NCBI GenBank assembly: GCA_964016885.1
Contig: OZ024745.1
Location: 99,448,001-99,512,000 of the forward strand
Source: Eledone cirrhosa
Taxonomy: Eukaryota
DNA: 64,000 nucleotides
Reading direction: 5' to 3'
The position numbers and the translations under genes were made by a program. Shown here in pieces: positions 60,551-64,000 of the stretch. A model generated the notes under the pieces. It was not told the origin of the DNA, did no database searches, and saw only the letters and a program-made list of their open reading frames with translations. Numbering within the stretch: position 1 is the stretch's first letter; the number at the start of each line of letters is the position of its first letter.

Positions 60551-63174
60551 ATGTATTTTATAGATATTGTACAATGCAGCAAACATTGTCAATGAATATT
60601 AGACGATTGCAATGTGAAAACAATTAAACAAAAACATCAACTCTCCTTGAACCCTTTTCACTTCAATGACGTTGATTATGATTCTGAAAAATAAATAAAC
60701 ACCACTCTTTTATCTTCTCTTCTAGAATACCTTATAAAGTAAACTTTGCAACTCGAATTTGACTTAATTATACTGTTGGGGCTTTTTAAAAAGTCTTGGA
60801 TATCATCAGAATCACTCTACGCTTTTTGTTTAAACTAAAAGTTCAAACCGTTGTACATAGTTAAAAGACACCTCTATTGATCGGCTATGTAGTCTGGTAT
60901 CAATTTCTCGAATATCTTCATTGCAAAGAGAAATGCTTCGTTTACTACACAAGTGACTTGGAGGAGAAGATATTCTTCAATGCATCCCAAACATTTTCAT
61001 TTATTCGTTTAAAAAGAAATTATTACATGATTGTTTAATAATCGTCGTAGAACATTGGTAATTTGTCATAATTATTTATTGAGTGTCGTTTCAACACGGT
61101 GAGTAACGACTTAGATGGTAATATTCTAAGAAATAGAGTCTTCAGTCAAGTATTTGTCTTTCCTTGTGAAAGGCAAGTATGCATCACTTCAATAGTCCTT
61201 TCCGTTTTAACCCTCCATGAGCGTAAAACTTCTCAATGAATATTATGTGCAAGCATGTTTGATTTGTCAAGTATAAAAATATATATGAGCACTAAATTTG
61301 AAAACTTTAAAATATTGCAATGCTTTTGGCGTCGTAAATGTGCATATTTTCAATATTGATGATTCAGTTAGATTAAATAATACTAATTTATCCATTTATT
61401 ATCATGAGCCTACAATTCATATCCATGTTTTTTGTGATTCTATTTTTTATGCTTTTTTGTGCACTATTTAGTTTCCTTTGTATACTGTTTTCATTTTTTT
61501 AAATGTTAGTTCAAGCAGAAGTGTCAGTGGTGATACCTTATTCAGGGCCTGACCATCCACGCACCCCTGCAAGTTCGTTACACTTATGACAGATGAGAGA
61601 GTATATTACCACCGTACCAATTTCAATGCTTTCTTAAAGTTATTAAAGTCACCAAACGATACATTCTGTAACTCAATATAAACCACACAAAGAAACGTAA
61701 TACTTGGCTCAAAAGTCGAAAAAGTTTATTACCACCAGACAAAATATTCTATGTTCATTGATGATTTTTAAAAACTTTTGTGTCTGGATAGATAACATTA
61801 AAAAGAAATTATCGTGGGATTAAACCATTGCTTCATGCCTTATTGAAAATCTAAGAGGGTGGACTCGATATTTGAGAGATCAGTAGTTTATAGTCTGTCA
61901 ACCGTTTTCAAAGGCATACTCTAACTACTATAGTTCAATTCAAGCAACAATAACAGTCAATTCCATGCTATACATTGGGACATGATGATGATTGAGATAG
62001 AGGATAAAGTAATATTTCCCACTTGATTTCATTTCTGTTCATGTACCCCGTTAATCCATTCGGAAAACCTAAGAACATAATGTCATATTTGTTTCTCATT
62101 CCTCAATAAATTTGAGGTGATCAGTCACATGATATATGAAAACATTTCAAACTCATATTATAATTGTGTAGCTTTTTTATCAAAAAAATAAAATGATGGC
62201 GAAATAAGTGGCTATACGGAGTTAATATTATAATTACTTTTCTGATATCATCTTATATTAAACATTATCATCAATATTAAATTATTATGAGAAATCAATC
62301 TGCCACTCTTTTGTAGGGAATAATCAACTGAACCAATTGGCTTATATAACGGATGAATGGCGTTGGATTGGCAGAGTCAGAAGAGCGTCGGACAACAGGC
62401 TTTGCAGCATAGAGTTACGGTCCTTTATGTTGAATTCAAATCCAGCCGAGGTTAGTTTTGCCTTTCATCTTTGAGGGAGGAATAAAGAATATTTCATTAT
62501 TGAGCAATATTCTAATGGAAATAACACATCGGCTGTGACAAGACGTGTATGACGGGTAGTCTTTAAAGTACTGTAGCGGCCCGAACCTTCAACCTGGAAA
62601 AGAAAATTGGCATGTTAGCTTATTATAACCATATCAAGGATGTATTAGAACAGACAGTTACATAGATCAATTAAAAGTGTTTGAAAAGAAAAAGTCTCAA
62701 AACTTCTTGAGTGTACCTCATTTTATTTTATTTTATTTTTTTTTATTTATCAGGACCTGGAAAGGAAGTCAAAGACAATATAATGTAGAACGATGGGATC
62801 AATGACTTTTTCTCCTTACTTGAAGTACATCACAGATCAACGCTTGGACATACATCAAGAGAAGTGTATACTGCAAGAGATGAGCATATTTCAATATAGA
62901 TGCATCCTGTAATGGTGCATCCTGGGGTGTATACTGCAAGGGGGTGTATGCTGAAGTACTCACTGCAAGAGAGCTATCTGACATGAAACTTCAGATCCTA
63001 TCGATAAGAGACGTACAGAATCTATTTGTGGGAATTTTAGCCAGTAGGTTATCAAACCAGATACAGCCTAAGGTTTTTCTGATGTTAACGGCATTGCTTT
63101 CACTTGAGTTTTAGAGAAAATAAATTACTAATGTATGAAATAGGCAAGTAAATCTTCTGTTCTGATAGTCACTA

Positions 63175-63392
63175 ATAATGGTTTTATTGTAGCGTAAGAC
63201 CAATAATTTGGGGAGAGGGAAATGTCGATTATATCAAACCCAGTACTTGACTGAAACTTTATTTTATCAAACTCGGAAGGATGAAAGGGAAAGTTGGCCT
63301 CGGTGGGAATTGAAACCAGAAAATATTGGGCCGTACGAAATAGAGTAATGCATTTCATCTGACGCACTAAGATTCTGTCAACCCACCGTCCT
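63175..63392 (-). mobile_element. Old family-1 SINE (another at ~62360..62480 +)
   Basis: Degenerate SINE body. Confidence 0.7.
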
Positions 63393-64000
63393 CAATAGTA
63401 ACTAATGATAGAATTAGTTACTAACGATAAAGTAATAATTTACGACTGTTTCCATCAATTGATACGTATGAATAAAAAGTAATAGCCGGTAGTTTACTTG
63501 TTTGAAGTATGTGTCAGAGTGGTGTACGTTTCCACGAAGTGGGATAGATTCCTGTGTAGGTAGAAAGATAGAATAATTTAGTAGGAATGGAAAGTAGTAT
63601 AGTGGACACTAAGTTTGTAATACATTAACAGCGGCTATCAGCATACTTGCTTAACTATACCTCATAATTGTATGTACATCTGATGATGTCACATAGAGAC
63701 TGTCAATGATATAACAATTCCATAACAATGTCATTGAAATACATATTATGCAATAAAACTTGTGTTAGGACAGGATATATGTAGCGAATATTTCCTGCTA
63801 AATAGAAAGAGTTTCTAAGTTTGTGTGTATATATGTGTGTGTGTATGACCAGTATATATAGGTCACATATACCCACATATATACGTACACACACACACGT
63901 ACACACGCACAACACACACATACACACACACGCACACATACATATATATATATATGGGACTTCCAATTTCATTTTACATTATATACATGTCTGTGTATAT

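Noticed and set aside
63675-63710. CTGATGA..GAGAC-T-GTC hammerhead-like string
   Set aside because: GAAA is mutated and stems I/II are weak; cannot be distinguished from chance.

Overview
AT-rich, repeat-dense eukaryotic (metazoan) genomic DNA. The SINE/LINE mix resembles coleoid cephalopods such as Octopus, which is an inference. One host gene can be assembled by hand: a 9-coding-exon, + strand rhodopsin-class neuropeptide GPCR of the CCAP-receptor/neuropeptide-S-receptor family (23532..59134, 1275 nt spliced, 424 aa, all introns GT-AG and phase-compatible). The rest is mobile DNA: Tx1/L1-like LINEs, a stack of R4/Dong-like RLE LINEs inserted into (TAA)n, RTE and CRE-like remnants, three Penelope-like elements at (TA)n, many tRNA-derived SINEs, non-autonomous Helitrons and a Merlin-like MITE. 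The most unexpected signal is a set of about nine type I hammerhead-ribozyme motifs inside the GPCR introns. These include a ~316-nt tandem/inverted, retrozyme-like unit with a full-length hammerhead that has a U3-A8 covariant core. All calls are from manual reading; no database searches or folding programs were run.
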